A DNA stretch of 39,055 nt from Piscirickettsiaceae bacterium (GTDB taxonomy: Bacteria; Pseudomonadota; Gammaproteobacteria; Nitrosococcales; Methylophagaceae). Both the position numbers and the translations under genes were made by a program. The notes under the pieces are model-generated. The model made no database searches. It had not been told where the DNA came from and saw nothing but the letters and a program-made list of their open reading frames with translations. The stretch lies in assembly GCA_018646825.1 (NCBI GenBank), contig JABGUA010000053.1, forward strand, positions 1 through 39,055, given 5' to 3'. Each line of letters starts with the position of its first letter. Positions within the stretch are counted from its first letter, which is position 1. Positions 10,558-19,467 of the stretch are shown here, piece by piece.

Positions 10558-10706
10558 GCTGTTACCCCTTGTCCGCATGCAGGCGCCATTCGTAGGGTTT
10601 CATACCCTTTTTGCTTGCCTCGTCGGCTACCAATACGACTTCAGTTTTTTCGTCATTGAATTGTGTTTTAATTTTTATTATTTGACTTTGATTGTCATGG
10701 AAAACT

Positions 10707-11411
10707 TCACTCAATAATCACTTTGTCCGGTGTTCGGCTCCGGATATGGTTTTTTGCATCAGGACCACAATTCGCAATCAAGTCTAATACCATTACCGTG
10801 CCTTCAAACGGTCCCCAAAGTTGGGGGTATGGTTCATAGTCGTAAGACTTGTATTCCAGACGTATTCCGTTCCTACGAAAAGCCTCTTTATCCAAGTAAA
10901 CATCTGCGCTTGGCCCACTCAAATAGCTTGTTGCATTGAGCTTCTTTAAGAGATCAATCAAGCGATCGGTTTTAGTGCCCTCCAGTGAAAGGTCTGAAGA
11001 ATCGATCAGCGGAGTGGTGATAGAAAGATAATCACATATCCGCTTCGTCAATTCAATATTCAATGAACTCAGATTTTCATATCTAGTAGTTTCAATTTCT
11101 GCGAGCAATTCAACCGTTTCATTAAAAAATTCGGATCGACCATAATTTGTCGTCCACGACCCCTGTAGCCGCTTGATCCAGCCCTGTGAGCAATCGATTT
11201 TCGCATCTCTAATCAGCAAGTCCTTTCCCCCGCGCATCACCGGGATAGTAACCCATTCAGTTCCTTTGGGGGTTTTTATCTTATTTCGATTTCTCCAACC
11301 GCATGATGTGTACTGAACGTCTTCTAAAAATACGAAAGCATCAACACTGGCAATAAAATCAAAATAACCTCGCCAAGGTATAAAAGACGATTGAATGACA
11401 CCAACTTTCAT
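10707..11411 (-). CDS. WbqC-family protein (function unknown, O-antigen associated)
   Basis: MKVGVIQSSFIPWRGYFDFIASVDAFVFLEDVQY...RNRNKIKTPKG..WVTIPV matches the characteristic WbqC-like N-terminus. Confidence 0.75.
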   Translation of the reverse strand: MKVGVIQSSFIPWRGYFDFIASVDAFVFLEDVQYTSCGWRNRNKIKTPKGTEWVTIPVMRGGKDLLIRDAKIDCSQGWIKRLQGSWTTNYGRSEFFNETVELLAEIETTRYENLSSLNIELTKRICDYLSITTPLIDSSDLSLEGTKTDRLIDLLKKLNATSYLSGPSADVYLDKEAFRRNGIRLEYKSYDYEPYPQLWGPFEGTVMVLDLIANCGPDAKNHIRSRTPDKVIIE

Positions 11412-11423
11412 AGAGCACTGCTC

Positions 11424-12140
11424 CTATCGTCTCTGTGCAACAAAACACTTACGCGTCATTTGTTGAAGGCGCTTGTAATTCCCGCTGTCAATTACGTGTT
11501 TTTGTATCGCCTCATTAACGCCGTCGTATGAAGAGAACGCATCATCGAAACATATCCACCCATCGGGTAATAAAAACTGTTCAACAATCCTTATATCTTT
11601 AGCAACCGCATCGTAACTATGATCACCATCAATAAATGCCATTCTCAGTGCAAACTTATTCGGTACGTTCTTTGCAAACCCTTCCAAATCAGTGCGATAA
11701 GGAAACACAACATCTGATAATGAGTTAGTTTGCATGGCGAGAGTAAAGGCCTCTAACGTTCCGCTATATCGTTCATACATGGGCGCTATATCTTTGAGAT
11801 ATGGTTCAGCCCAAACGGTCTGATTCTGATAGGCACCATACGTCTTGCCATCAAGCGTTACCGCAAATGAATAGGTGCCATCTTCGTTCTTAAACCAATC
11901 GTTCTTTTCAGGAAATAGGTCAACACAATGAACCTTGCCTTTACTTGACAGCTTCGCAGCCATGCCCAAAGCTACCGCCGAGCGACCGCACCACGATCCC
12001 AATTCTAGTATGTCGCCATCTAAGTCTGCGCTGGAATAGGCCAGAGTAAAAAGGGTGAGCAATTGGTCAATGGGTGACCAACCGGGTATGTCTTGAATTG
12101 CTTCTTCGATTTGCATCGTTATGGGTTTGGTTGCATTCAT
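11424..12140 (-). CDS. Class I SAM-dependent methyltransferase (Methyltransf_24 / O-methyltransferase-like)
   Basis: ILELGSWCGRSAVALG and FIDGDHSYDAV...DGWICFDD motifs. Confidence 0.75.
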   Translation of the reverse strand: MNATKPITMQIEEAIQDIPGWSPIDQLLTLFTLAYSSADLDGDILELGSWCGRSAVALGMAAKLSSKGKVHCVDLFPEKNDWFKNEDGTYSFAVTLDGKTYGAYQNQTVWAEPYLKDIAPMYERYSGTLEAFTLAMQTNSLSDVVFPYRTDLEGFAKNVPNKFALRMAFIDGDHSYDAVAKDIRIVEQFLLPDGWICFDDAFSSYDGVNEAIQKHVIDSGNYKRLQQMTRKCFVAQRR

Positions 12141-12241
12141 GATTCAGTGTTCTATGTAGGAAAATGGTGCGCTATCTATAGGCTAAAAAAAGTAGGTGTT
12201 GGTGGGGCAGCGTTCGATGTTGGGCAATCTCGACATGTTGG

Positions 12242-13237
12242 CTAGTTTCCAATGAATTCTTCGACCATATCCGCATAGCTACGTCCCTCATGAGGCCAGC
12301 GGGTTCCAGCCCAATCCGGACAGTTATCACAGAAACCATGGCTGCTGTAGTTGTTTGACAAGTGAGCCTTACGAAGAGCTTCGTAAAACTTGCCATGCCA
12401 TTCATCATAAATTGTTGTATTGCAATAATCGGCAACAAACGAGCCATGCACCCAGTCGCTCGGACAAAAGGCCAAGTCGCCACGAGCATTGACAGTAATT
12501 CTTTCCCATGGGTATAGACAGGGGCGCCTAACCTCAGTCTCTTGCTTCTTGCGATTTATGTCCGCGATTTCGATTATAGCCCCAGAGGACGAGTGAAGCC
12601 TACGTATCACAACGTAATCTGCGCCAGCATCCTTCCAGTAACTTTCAAAGTCTCGGACCTCATTCGTGTTTTGTGGCTGCTCAACAAAGCTCACCACCAC
12701 TTTGGTTTTAGATTTTGATTCACGCACCCATTCTAGTAGACGAAGTACGTTTCCACGTGTGACATCAAGGTTGCCGTTAACACGAATCTTGGCGTAGGTC
12801 TCCGGATTAAACGCATCAATACTGATGTCAATCATGTGCACACCAGATTCTAGTAATTTCTGTGTACGTTTTTCATTCATGATCGTACCGTTGGTAGTCA
12901 TCGCCACATAAACGCCAGAATGATCCACGGCAGACTGAATCATCTCATACCCATTCGGGTGAACCAACATTTCCCCATTACTTGTGTAACGAATGTATTG
13001 AGTTTTTCCTTGTCCATGCTTTCTTACCTCTTCGATCATTTTCTCGTTGAGGGCGGGATCGAGATATCTACCATCGTAATGCTCGGATTTTGCAAAATCG
13101 GGATGCGCACAATGCGTGCACGCTAGATTGCAGACTTCCGTGATGTCCATAATGATTTGCGATGGGAACTCTGCTGTTAATCTCCCACCAAAATCATACT
13201 CAGCCTCACTTGTCTTTATAAGTTTGATGCTGGTCAT
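12242..13237 (-). CDS. Radical SAM enzyme with SPASM/twitch-like C-terminal cysteine domain
   Basis: CNLACTHC (CX3CX2C) at residues 36-43. C-terminal C-X12-G-X4-C (CLYPWERITVNARGDLAFC) plus CDNC. The start overlaps the aminotransferase stop by 32 nt. Confidence 0.85.
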   Translation of the reverse strand: MTSIKLIKTSEAEYDFGGRLTAEFPSQIIMDITEVCNLACTHCAHPDFAKSEHYDGRYLDPALNEKMIEEVRKHGQGKTQYIRYTSNGEMLVHPNGYEMIQSAVDHSGVYVAMTTNGTIMNEKRTQKLLESGVHMIDISIDAFNPETYAKIRVNGNLDVTRGNVLRLLEWVRESKSKTKVVVSFVEQPQNTNEVRDFESYWKDAGADYVVIRRLHSSSGAIIEIADINRKKQETEVRRPCLYPWERITVNARGDLAFCPSDWVHGSFVADYCNTTIYDEWHGKFYEALRKAHLSNNYSSHGFCDNCPDWAGTRWPHEGRSYADMVEEFIGN

Positions 13238-14399
13238 AGGCTTGCCATTTTTTCGTCAGTTTTGTTAGATGGTGTATGACATACTCTACATCATCGAGCG
13301 TCATTCGAGCGCTGATTGGTAGTGTCATAATTTGATCAGAAAGTCGTTCAGTAACCGGCAAATTAGTTAAACCAGCCTTGCAATAAAGGGGCTGACGGTG
13401 GAGTGGACAGTAATGAATGCTAGCACCAATATTTGAGTCGCGCAATCCCAACAACAATTCATCTCTACGCATTCCTGTTTTCTTTGGATCAAAGACGCCA
13501 ACCAGCAAATGTCGGGCATGGTGGTTATCAAAGGCTAGGCTTTGAAAAGAGATGTCCAGTCCGGCTTCTGTCATGGATTTCCGGTAGTTCTCGGCCACCT
13601 TTTTGCGGATAACGGCCATGCCATCTAAACGCTGCAACTGAACCCGGCCAATCGCTGCCTGCAGGTCGGTAAAGTTCATCTTGTAGCCTAATTCAGCAAT
13701 TCCTGCCACAAAGACTGTGGATGGCTTTGTGAAGCGAGACCACGCATTGGATTCTAAGCCGCCCATACGCAGGCACCGCAGGTGCTCTGCCTTATCAGAG
13801 TCGAAAAGCGCAATCGCGCCGCCATCGGCTGTGGAGAGATTTTTGTTAGCGTAAAAACTGAAACAGACGGTATTGCCAGATGCGCCTACGCGCTTGCCAT
13901 TACTATGAACAGCACCGAGCGCATGGGCAGCATCTTCAATAATTGCTATATTTGCCGGCAACGATGCTCTCAACGTGTCTACATCAATGGCGTAACCACC
14001 GTAGTGAACTACGATGACAGCCTTGGTACGAGGGGTGATTTTTGCTGCGATGGTTTCCGGTGTAACGCACATACTCTGCGGATCGACATCGGAAAAAACA
14101 GGAGTAGCCCCTAGATACAGTGCGGCATTGGCAGTCGCACACCAAGTAAGGCTAGGCACGATGATCTCATCCCCTGGCCCAATACCTTCAACCAGTAAAG
14201 CCAGGAAAAGGGCCGATGTACAAGAATTGACTGTAACAACTTCTGGCGCGCCGATGTACTCTGATAGTTCTTTTTCAAACGCGATGGTTTCTTGGCCCAT
14301 GCCGACCCAACCAGAACGCATGACGCGGCTTACCGCATCAATTTCAGCATCGGTAAAGTCGGGTGTGCCAAAGGTCAAGAAGGTTGCTCTTTTTTTCAC
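13206..14399 (-). CDS. DegT/DnrJ/EryC1/StrS-family PLP sugar aminotransferase
   Basis: FGTPDFTDAEIDAV, NSCTSALFLAL and FSFYANKNLSTADGGAI (PLP lysine) motifs. I place the start at the in-frame GTG at 14399, which has a GAGGAG SD 6 nt upstream and lies 10 nt after the wzt stop. The tool's ATG at 14474 would overlap wzt by 65 nt. Confidence 0.88.
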   Translation of the reverse strand: MKKRATFLTFGTPDFTDAEIDAVSRVMRSGWVGMGQETIAFEKELSEYIGAPEVVTVNSCTSALFLALLVEGIGPGDEIIVPSLTWCATANAALYLGATPVFSDVDPQSMCVTPETIAAKITPRTKAVIVVHYGGYAIDVDTLRASLPANIAIIEDAAHALGAVHSNGKRVGASGNTVCFSFYANKNLSTADGGAIALFDSDKAEHLRCLRMGGLESNAWSRFTKPSTVFVAGIAELGYKMNFTDLQAAIGRVQLQRLDGMAVIRKKVAENYRKSMTEAGLDISFQSLAFDNHHARHLLVGVFDPKKTGMRRDELLLGLRDSNIGASIHYCPLHRQPLYCKAGLTNLPVTERLSDQIMTLPISARMTLDDVEYVIHHLTKLTKKWQAYDQHQTYKDK

Positions 14400-14409
14400 A
14401 TGCAGCTCC

Positions 14410-15810
14410 TCATGCCAGATCTGGTTCAATTCTTTTGATAGTGAGCGATGCCGGCAAGCTGACAAAGCCGTCAATCATTCCATTCTTTCGGGGTGCTATC
14501 CTGAATTCATAAGTATGTGGTACGATGTCAACAAAAATCCAGTCATCTCTAGGCGCTTCCGGTGGATGCGCCAGGCCGACGGCTAGTACGTAATTGCCGT
14601 GCAGCAACGGGAGTTTCATTACCCATTCAAACAGATAATTAGCACCAGGTTGATAGCAGTGCGACATTTCACCCTGAAGTCGCGTATCGAAGAAGGCAAC
14701 ATCAGTTCCCTGAATGGCGCGTATCTTGATGGAGCAATTCAGATTTCTTAAATTCTTAGTAAATCGAACGAAAACCCTAATGGTTGCTACGTCTTCAAAT
14801 TCAAAATCAGTAATATGCTCGCCATGGCGAAGCATTTGCACATTGATTATTTCTGCATCGCCATTGGTAACACGATGATGTTGGGCGCGCTTTTGAAAAG
14901 CCTCTTGGCCAAAAGCCATGTCTTGCATTTTAGAGCAATCTGCCGCAATTGCGGCACGGCGTTCCTCCGATTCGACATTGGCACCCGTGCCTGCTGATAC
15001 GTTCATGTTGCCGGCTGCATTGCGTGTCGGTTGATTTCTGTCTTCCATCTGTAGTTTCACGTATTGGTCGGACACATCTGCCGTAGCCCCCATTGATCGC
15101 ACAATGCCACCATCTAGCAGTACTGCTCGCTGGCATAGATGCCGCACCGTACTGATGTCGTGACTCACAAACAGTAGCGCCACGCCAGAATCAACCAATC
15201 TGGAAATCCTCGCCATGCATTTCGCCTGAAAAAATACGTCGCCTACTGAAAGGGCTTCGTCAATTATCAGAACCTTGGGCTTTACCGCAGTCTGTACGGC
15301 GAACGCCAGCCGCATCATCATCCCGGAACTGTAGATTTTTACTGGTTGATCAATGAAGTCTCCAATATCAGCAAAAGAAGCAATGCCATCAAACCTATCA
15401 AGTGTTTGCTCACGCGACAAGCCCAAGATTTGGGCATTAAGAAATACGTTTTCTCGCCCAGTAAATTCGGGGTTGAAACCGCTACCTAGTTCAAGTAAGG
15501 ATGTAATTCGCCCTGTGGTTTGAACTATGCCAGCACTTGGCTCCAGAATCCCAGCAATAATCTGTAACAAAGTACTCTTGCCTGCTCCATTGCGGCCAAG
15601 AATACCGACGGCCTCACCAGGCTGCAGTTCAAAACTGACATCTCGCAAGGCCCAGTGCTCGCGATAAAGTGGGCTGGCACTACTTCTGCCAAGTAACCCC
15701 TGAAATCGGTCAAGTAGGGCTTGCTTTAATCTATCTTGCGGGTTTTGAAAAATTCGGTAGCACTTGCTAATCGAGTCAAGGCGAATAGGATGCATTATTG
15801 TCGTGTTCAT
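14410..15810 (-). CDS. wzt: O-antigen/polysaccharide ABC exporter ATPase with C-terminal carbohydrate-binding-type extension
   Basis: Walker A GRNGAGKST, signature YSSGMMMRL, Walker B LIIDEALSVGD, then an extra beta-rich tail of about 220 aa (Wzt_C-like). Sits 1 nt after wzm. Confidence 0.9.
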   Translation of the reverse strand: MNTTIMHPIRLDSISKCYRIFQNPQDRLKQALLDRFQGLLGRSSASPLYREHWALRDVSFELQPGEAVGILGRNGAGKSTLLQIIAGILEPSAGIVQTTGRITSLLELGSGFNPEFTGRENVFLNAQILGLSREQTLDRFDGIASFADIGDFIDQPVKIYSSGMMMRLAFAVQTAVKPKVLIIDEALSVGDVFFQAKCMARISRLVDSGVALLFVSHDISTVRHLCQRAVLLDGGIVRSMGATADVSDQYVKLQMEDRNQPTRNAAGNMNVSAGTGANVESEERRAAIAADCSKMQDMAFGQEAFQKRAQHHRVTNGDAEIINVQMLRHGEHITDFEFEDVATIRVFVRFTKNLRNLNCSIKIRAIQGTDVAFFDTRLQGEMSHCYQPGANYLFEWVMKLPLLHGNYVLAVGLAHPPEAPRDDWIFVDIVPHTYEFRIAPRKNGMIDGFVSLPASLTIKRIEPDLA

Positions 15811-15811
15811 A

Positions 15812-16621
15812 TCAAATCACATCCGCAAATGCTGGACGGGCCTTCTGGAAAACCCAGAGCCCCCCAACAGCCGCAATAAGAGAAATAGCAAAATAAGCTA
15901 ACCAATACAACCAATCCGGTTGATTTCCCAAAATCATCACAGCGCGTAATTCTTCGATAGGATAAGTAAGCGGGTTGAGATAGATCAGTTTTTGCGCCAA
16001 CGCTGGCGCAGAAGATGCTGGGTAGAACACGGGACTCAAGAACAAAAGCACCGACATAGCTATCCCGATCATTTGCCCCACGTCACGAAAGAATACGCCA
16101 ATAGCTGCAAAAAACCAGGAAAAACCAGCAGTGAGTAAAAGCAAAGGGATGAACACCAACGGCACATATAAAGCAGTTGGTGGAATCGATTGGTTCTGAA
16201 TGAGTAAGAAAATGCATAGCAGGCCAAGGCCAATTGAGGCATTAAAGACAGCTGAAGCAAGATGGCAGAATGGCAACAGTTCAAGAGGAAAAATCACTTT
16301 TTTAACGTAGCTCGGACTAGCAAGAATTGCTGAGGGAGATCTTGTCAATGTTTCAGAAAAAACAGCGTGAACGATAAGGCCACAATATAGCATGAGTACA
16401 AAATCTTTCATGTCACCACCACTACCCCATCGGGCATTGAATACCCCACCAAAAACAAAGGCATAAACGGCCAACATCATCAGTGGGTAGACAGCCACCC
16501 ATAAAAAGCCAAGCATGGTGCCGCGATATCGCGCTTCAATATCGCGGATGACTAGCGAGCGAAGTAGACTACGGTTGGTATAAAGACTACGAATGCCGGA
16601 AGTAACATTGTGCTTATTCAA
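15812..16621 (-). CDS. wzm: ABC-2 type polysaccharide exporter permease
   Basis: 269 aa with six hydrophobic segments. The N-terminal IRDIEARYRGTMLGFLWVAVYPLMM motif is typical of Wzm. 4-nt overlap with the upstream GT. Confidence 0.9.
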   Translation of the reverse strand: MNKHNVTSGIRSLYTNRSLLRSLVIRDIEARYRGTMLGFLWVAVYPLMMLAVYAFVFGGVFNARWGSGGDMKDFVLMLYCGLIVHAVFSETLTRSPSAILASPSYVKKVIFPLELLPFCHLASAVFNASIGLGLLCIFLLIQNQSIPPTALYVPLVFIPLLLLTAGFSWFFAAIGVFFRDVGQMIGIAMSVLLFLSPVFYPASSAPALAQKLIYLNPLTYPIEELRAVMILGNQPDWLYWLAYFAISLIAAVGGLWVFQKARPAFADVI

Positions 16622-18522
16622 GTTAGCACCTTTGTTTTTGCAATTACAATCGGAATAGAATGTGTCACTGGATCAATAGTGCCTCCATCTGAACTGAAGC
16701 CATAAAGCATCAAGGTTTCTTGAGTCATTCGATTGATACCAAATACTCGTTTAACAAATTCTGGACCTTGCGTTTCTGATTTTACACGCATGGCCTGATT
16801 TGTTAAATATGTGACTATTAGTGTAGTGATATCTTCAGGAGTGGGTTTCGTTGCTAGCAACCCAGTGACACTGTGTTCGAAAGATTCTCTCGTACCACCT
16901 GCATCAGTTGCTACAATTGGCAAGCTCAACCACTGGGCCTCAAGAACCACATTCGGGGTACCTTCAAATTCCGAAGTTAAAAGAAACAAGTTCATTGATG
17001 ATAGTGGCAAAGCAGCATCTGGGCGCTCCCCCGGCAGATGAACTCGCCCTTTTAATCCATTATCTTTAATAAACGACTCCATCTCTCGGCGCATAGGCCC
17101 TTCTCCGATAACCAGAAAATGTACGTCATGGTATTGCTTTACCAACAATGCTGCTGTTTGCAACCACAGCATTGGTCTTTTTTCTGCCCAGAACCGAAAA
17201 ATAGAGCCAACTACCATCACATTTTCAGGAATACCCAGTTTTTCACGATATTCGCGAACTGCATCACTCGTCACTCGATTTAAGTAGCTGATATCTACTC
17301 CGTTGCGAACAACAACAAATCGTTCTCTTGGAAGCCCGAGCCACTGAGTGTAGTCAGCGGCACCTGCCTTGCTGTTGTTCAGAAACGTTACGCATTCCAG
17401 AGATGCCAGCGCCCGGTAGGCGGGGTGCATGTAGTCCTGATAATAACTAAAGTTCATCGGCGTGACATTCCGACTTGCCAGCACGATGCGTGGCACGCCA
17501 GCAATGACTGCAGCAATTCCTGCTTTAATACTACTTGTGTCTTGCCATGCATGGACAACCTCAGGTCGCCTAGAGCGAAACTCTTCAACTAAATTCAAAA
17601 TCTCCTCAATCAAACCAGGTGCGATATCGGCGAGTAAATCAGCTACTTTTGGATTTACAGAAGAAAGCCCGTCTTCGTTTAACGATATAGAGTGTTTTAC
17701 TTGGCTAACTTCAACCCTAGCAGCTTCCAGCTTATGCAAAAAGAAATCAAGATTTGGAGCATGATCAATATATTCAGCAAGCAAGGCCACAGATTCACAT
17801 TGTCCTGAAGCTTTTAGGCCTATCAGTGTGTTAACGATCTGGCGTTCGGCACCACCCGAGGCTAATCCCGCATTAACAAGCAACACACGGCGAGGAATGG
17901 CACTGTAATTCTTGCTTTGAGTAGATTCATGTGCACGCTGTAGTAGCTTTTTATAGAGCACCTCTTCAGTAAGTCCGCTATTATCCGGCCTCTCTTTGCC
18001 AAGCATTTTGGAAGATAAATCTTCACGTTTAAATATTCTTCGCCAAAGTTTTCGAAGCAAGGAATTTTGTTTTGCAAATCCAACTATCTTCCGCAACGGA
18101 TGGTTTTTTGGTTGTTGCCCAATTCTGCGTATCAGTTTTTCTCCTACGCGCCACAAGGAGAATCGATACATAGATAATTTTTGATAGCTGCCATTGATTC
18201 TGCATACAATGGAAAACCGCCTACTCTTAATCACCTGCATTGCCATCTGGCGCGTTATCATGAACTGAGAACCTATGAAAACAATAGGGGCACGAACAGT
18301 AGGCAGTCGCCAGCTATGATCTTCGAAGCAATCCAGCCACATACCGGTGCAGTTGACTGCAATTTCGGATGAGGAGTTACGCAGCACCAGCCCTTTGCAT
18401 AGAGTGTGCTCGCGTAGCTCAAGAATGTCTTTTACCTCAACAGTAAAAGGTATAGCAAGTACTGCGCCTTTCATATTCCGACTTTTAATGAAGTCTAGGG
18501 CTTCTATGATTCTTTTATTCAT
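16618..18522 (-). CDS. Two-domain protein: N-terminal domain of about 210 aa with no recognisable motif, plus C-terminal GT4 glycosyltransferase
   Basis: From residue about 213: VLLVNAGLASGGAERQ...LTSEFEGTPNVVLEAQWLSLPIVATDAGGTRE (GT4). I could assign no motif to the N-terminal part. Confidence 0.8.
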   Translation of the reverse strand: MNKRIIEALDFIKSRNMKGAVLAIPFTVEVKDILELREHTLCKGLVLRNSSSEIAVNCTGMWLDCFEDHSWRLPTVRAPIVFIGSQFMITRQMAMQVIKSRRFSIVCRINGSYQKLSMYRFSLWRVGEKLIRRIGQQPKNHPLRKIVGFAKQNSLLRKLWRRIFKREDLSSKMLGKERPDNSGLTEEVLYKKLLQRAHESTQSKNYSAIPRRVLLVNAGLASGGAERQIVNTLIGLKASGQCESVALLAEYIDHAPNLDFFLHKLEAARVEVSQVKHSISLNEDGLSSVNPKVADLLADIAPGLIEEILNLVEEFRSRRPEVVHAWQDTSSIKAGIAAVIAGVPRIVLASRNVTPMNFSYYQDYMHPAYRALASLECVTFLNNSKAGAADYTQWLGLPRERFVVVRNGVDISYLNRVTSDAVREYREKLGIPENVMVVGSIFRFWAEKRPMLWLQTAALLVKQYHDVHFLVIGEGPMRREMESFIKDNGLKGRVHLPGERPDAALPLSSMNLFLLTSEFEGTPNVVLEAQWLSLPIVATDAGGTRESFEHSVTGLLATKPTPEDITTLIVTYLTNQAMRVKSETQGPEFVKRVFGINRMTQETLMLYGFSSDGGTIDPVTHSIPIVIAKTKVLT

Positions 18523-19451
18523 TCTGACTTACTCGCCAATACAAAGACGCCAGCAGTATTTAGATCGCTCTCGGAAAGTTTGCAAAAACGCTTTGCCAAT
18601 TGCCCATGAGAGATACCTAGACCGATGGTTTGCTTTACTTCCGTATTAATCTTGAAGCCAGCCTGCTCAGTTAAGAAGATATGTATTGAACAAGGATGGC
18701 GGTTGATAAACCAAGGGCGACCACCGCGCATCAAACGCCAAGTGAAATCAGTGTATTTCCAATGACCATTCCATTCAGGGGCAGTATCGTGGCAGCGAAG
18801 ATCTATCTGATGTGACATAAATCCACCAAGTTTTAGGCAACGAAAACACTCACTATAGGTTTCTTCAAGTTGATCAACGTGCTCCATCACTGCTTGAGAA
18901 ATAATCAGGTCGACACTATTACCAGGGATTTCATGCATTCGCCCCATTGGTGCAAGATAACGAATGGGGCCAGCCGTCAAATCGCTTGCAAGCGCCATGC
19001 GAATCCGACTCAGACGGTCAACCGCAAGTGCTTGAGTGATTCTATTTTCATTAAGTATTTTCGAGGGAAAACTATAATCGCTAAGCTCAGGCAATATTTC
19101 TGCGAACTCATCACCAGAAGGAATAGGCATCTGGGCCTTGAGTAACTTGACTAGTTCATCAAATATTTTGAGATTATTTGCACTTGAGGCATGGCGGACT
19201 GCATCAAGTGCATAGTATTGCTCTGCTCCTGTGAGTAGCGCCATGAGGCCGATACCGACTGAATCACCTGGACCGAGCTCAATGACCGTGCGTGGATCAG
19301 TTGAGAGCTTATTCTGACCTGCAATGACCAGATGACGTAAATACACTGAATAACAATACTGAGCCGAAACGGTACCCCCAGTACCAACTGGTGGAGTAAC
19401 AAATATTGATTTGATGCCACGTAGAATGAGTCGCCAGACGGGTGTAGTCAT
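18519..19451 (-). CDS. Class I SAM-dependent methyltransferase
   Basis: VIELGPGDSVGIGLMALLTGA (motif I) and VDLIISQAVMEHV. 4-nt overlap with the downstream GT. Confidence 0.75.
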   Translation of the reverse strand: MTTPVWRLILRGIKSIFVTPPVGTGGTVSAQYCYSVYLRHLVIAGQNKLSTDPRTVIELGPGDSVGIGLMALLTGAEQYYALDAVRHASSANNLKIFDELVKLLKAQMPIPSGDEFAEILPELSDYSFPSKILNENRITQALAVDRLSRIRMALASDLTAGPIRYLAPMGRMHEIPGNSVDLIISQAVMEHVDQLEETYSECFRCLKLGGFMSHQIDLRCHDTAPEWNGHWKYTDFTWRLMRGGRPWFINRHPCSIHIFLTEQAGFKINTEVKQTIGLGISHGQLAKRFCKLSESDLNTAGVFVLASKSE

Positions 19452-19467
19452 ATCAATTACTCGTTGC

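Noticed and set aside
10558-10706. Spacers within the minus-strand operon (here, and 12141-12241) containing tiny ORFs (for example MKPYEWRLHADKG), considered as leader peptides or small genes.
   Set aside because: The ORFs have no conserved features, no convincing SD and are under 15 codons. They may simply be internal promoter or processing regions, and nothing supportable can be read from sequence alone.
11972-11979. Exact ops-like octamer GGCGGTAG (the RfaH/JUMPStart core) on the minus strand.
   Set aside because: It lies inside the methyltransferase coding sequence, not in an operon leader. It lacks the rest of the 39-bp JUMPStart consensus. A specific 8-mer is expected about once by chance in 2 x 39 kb (78 kb / 65536).
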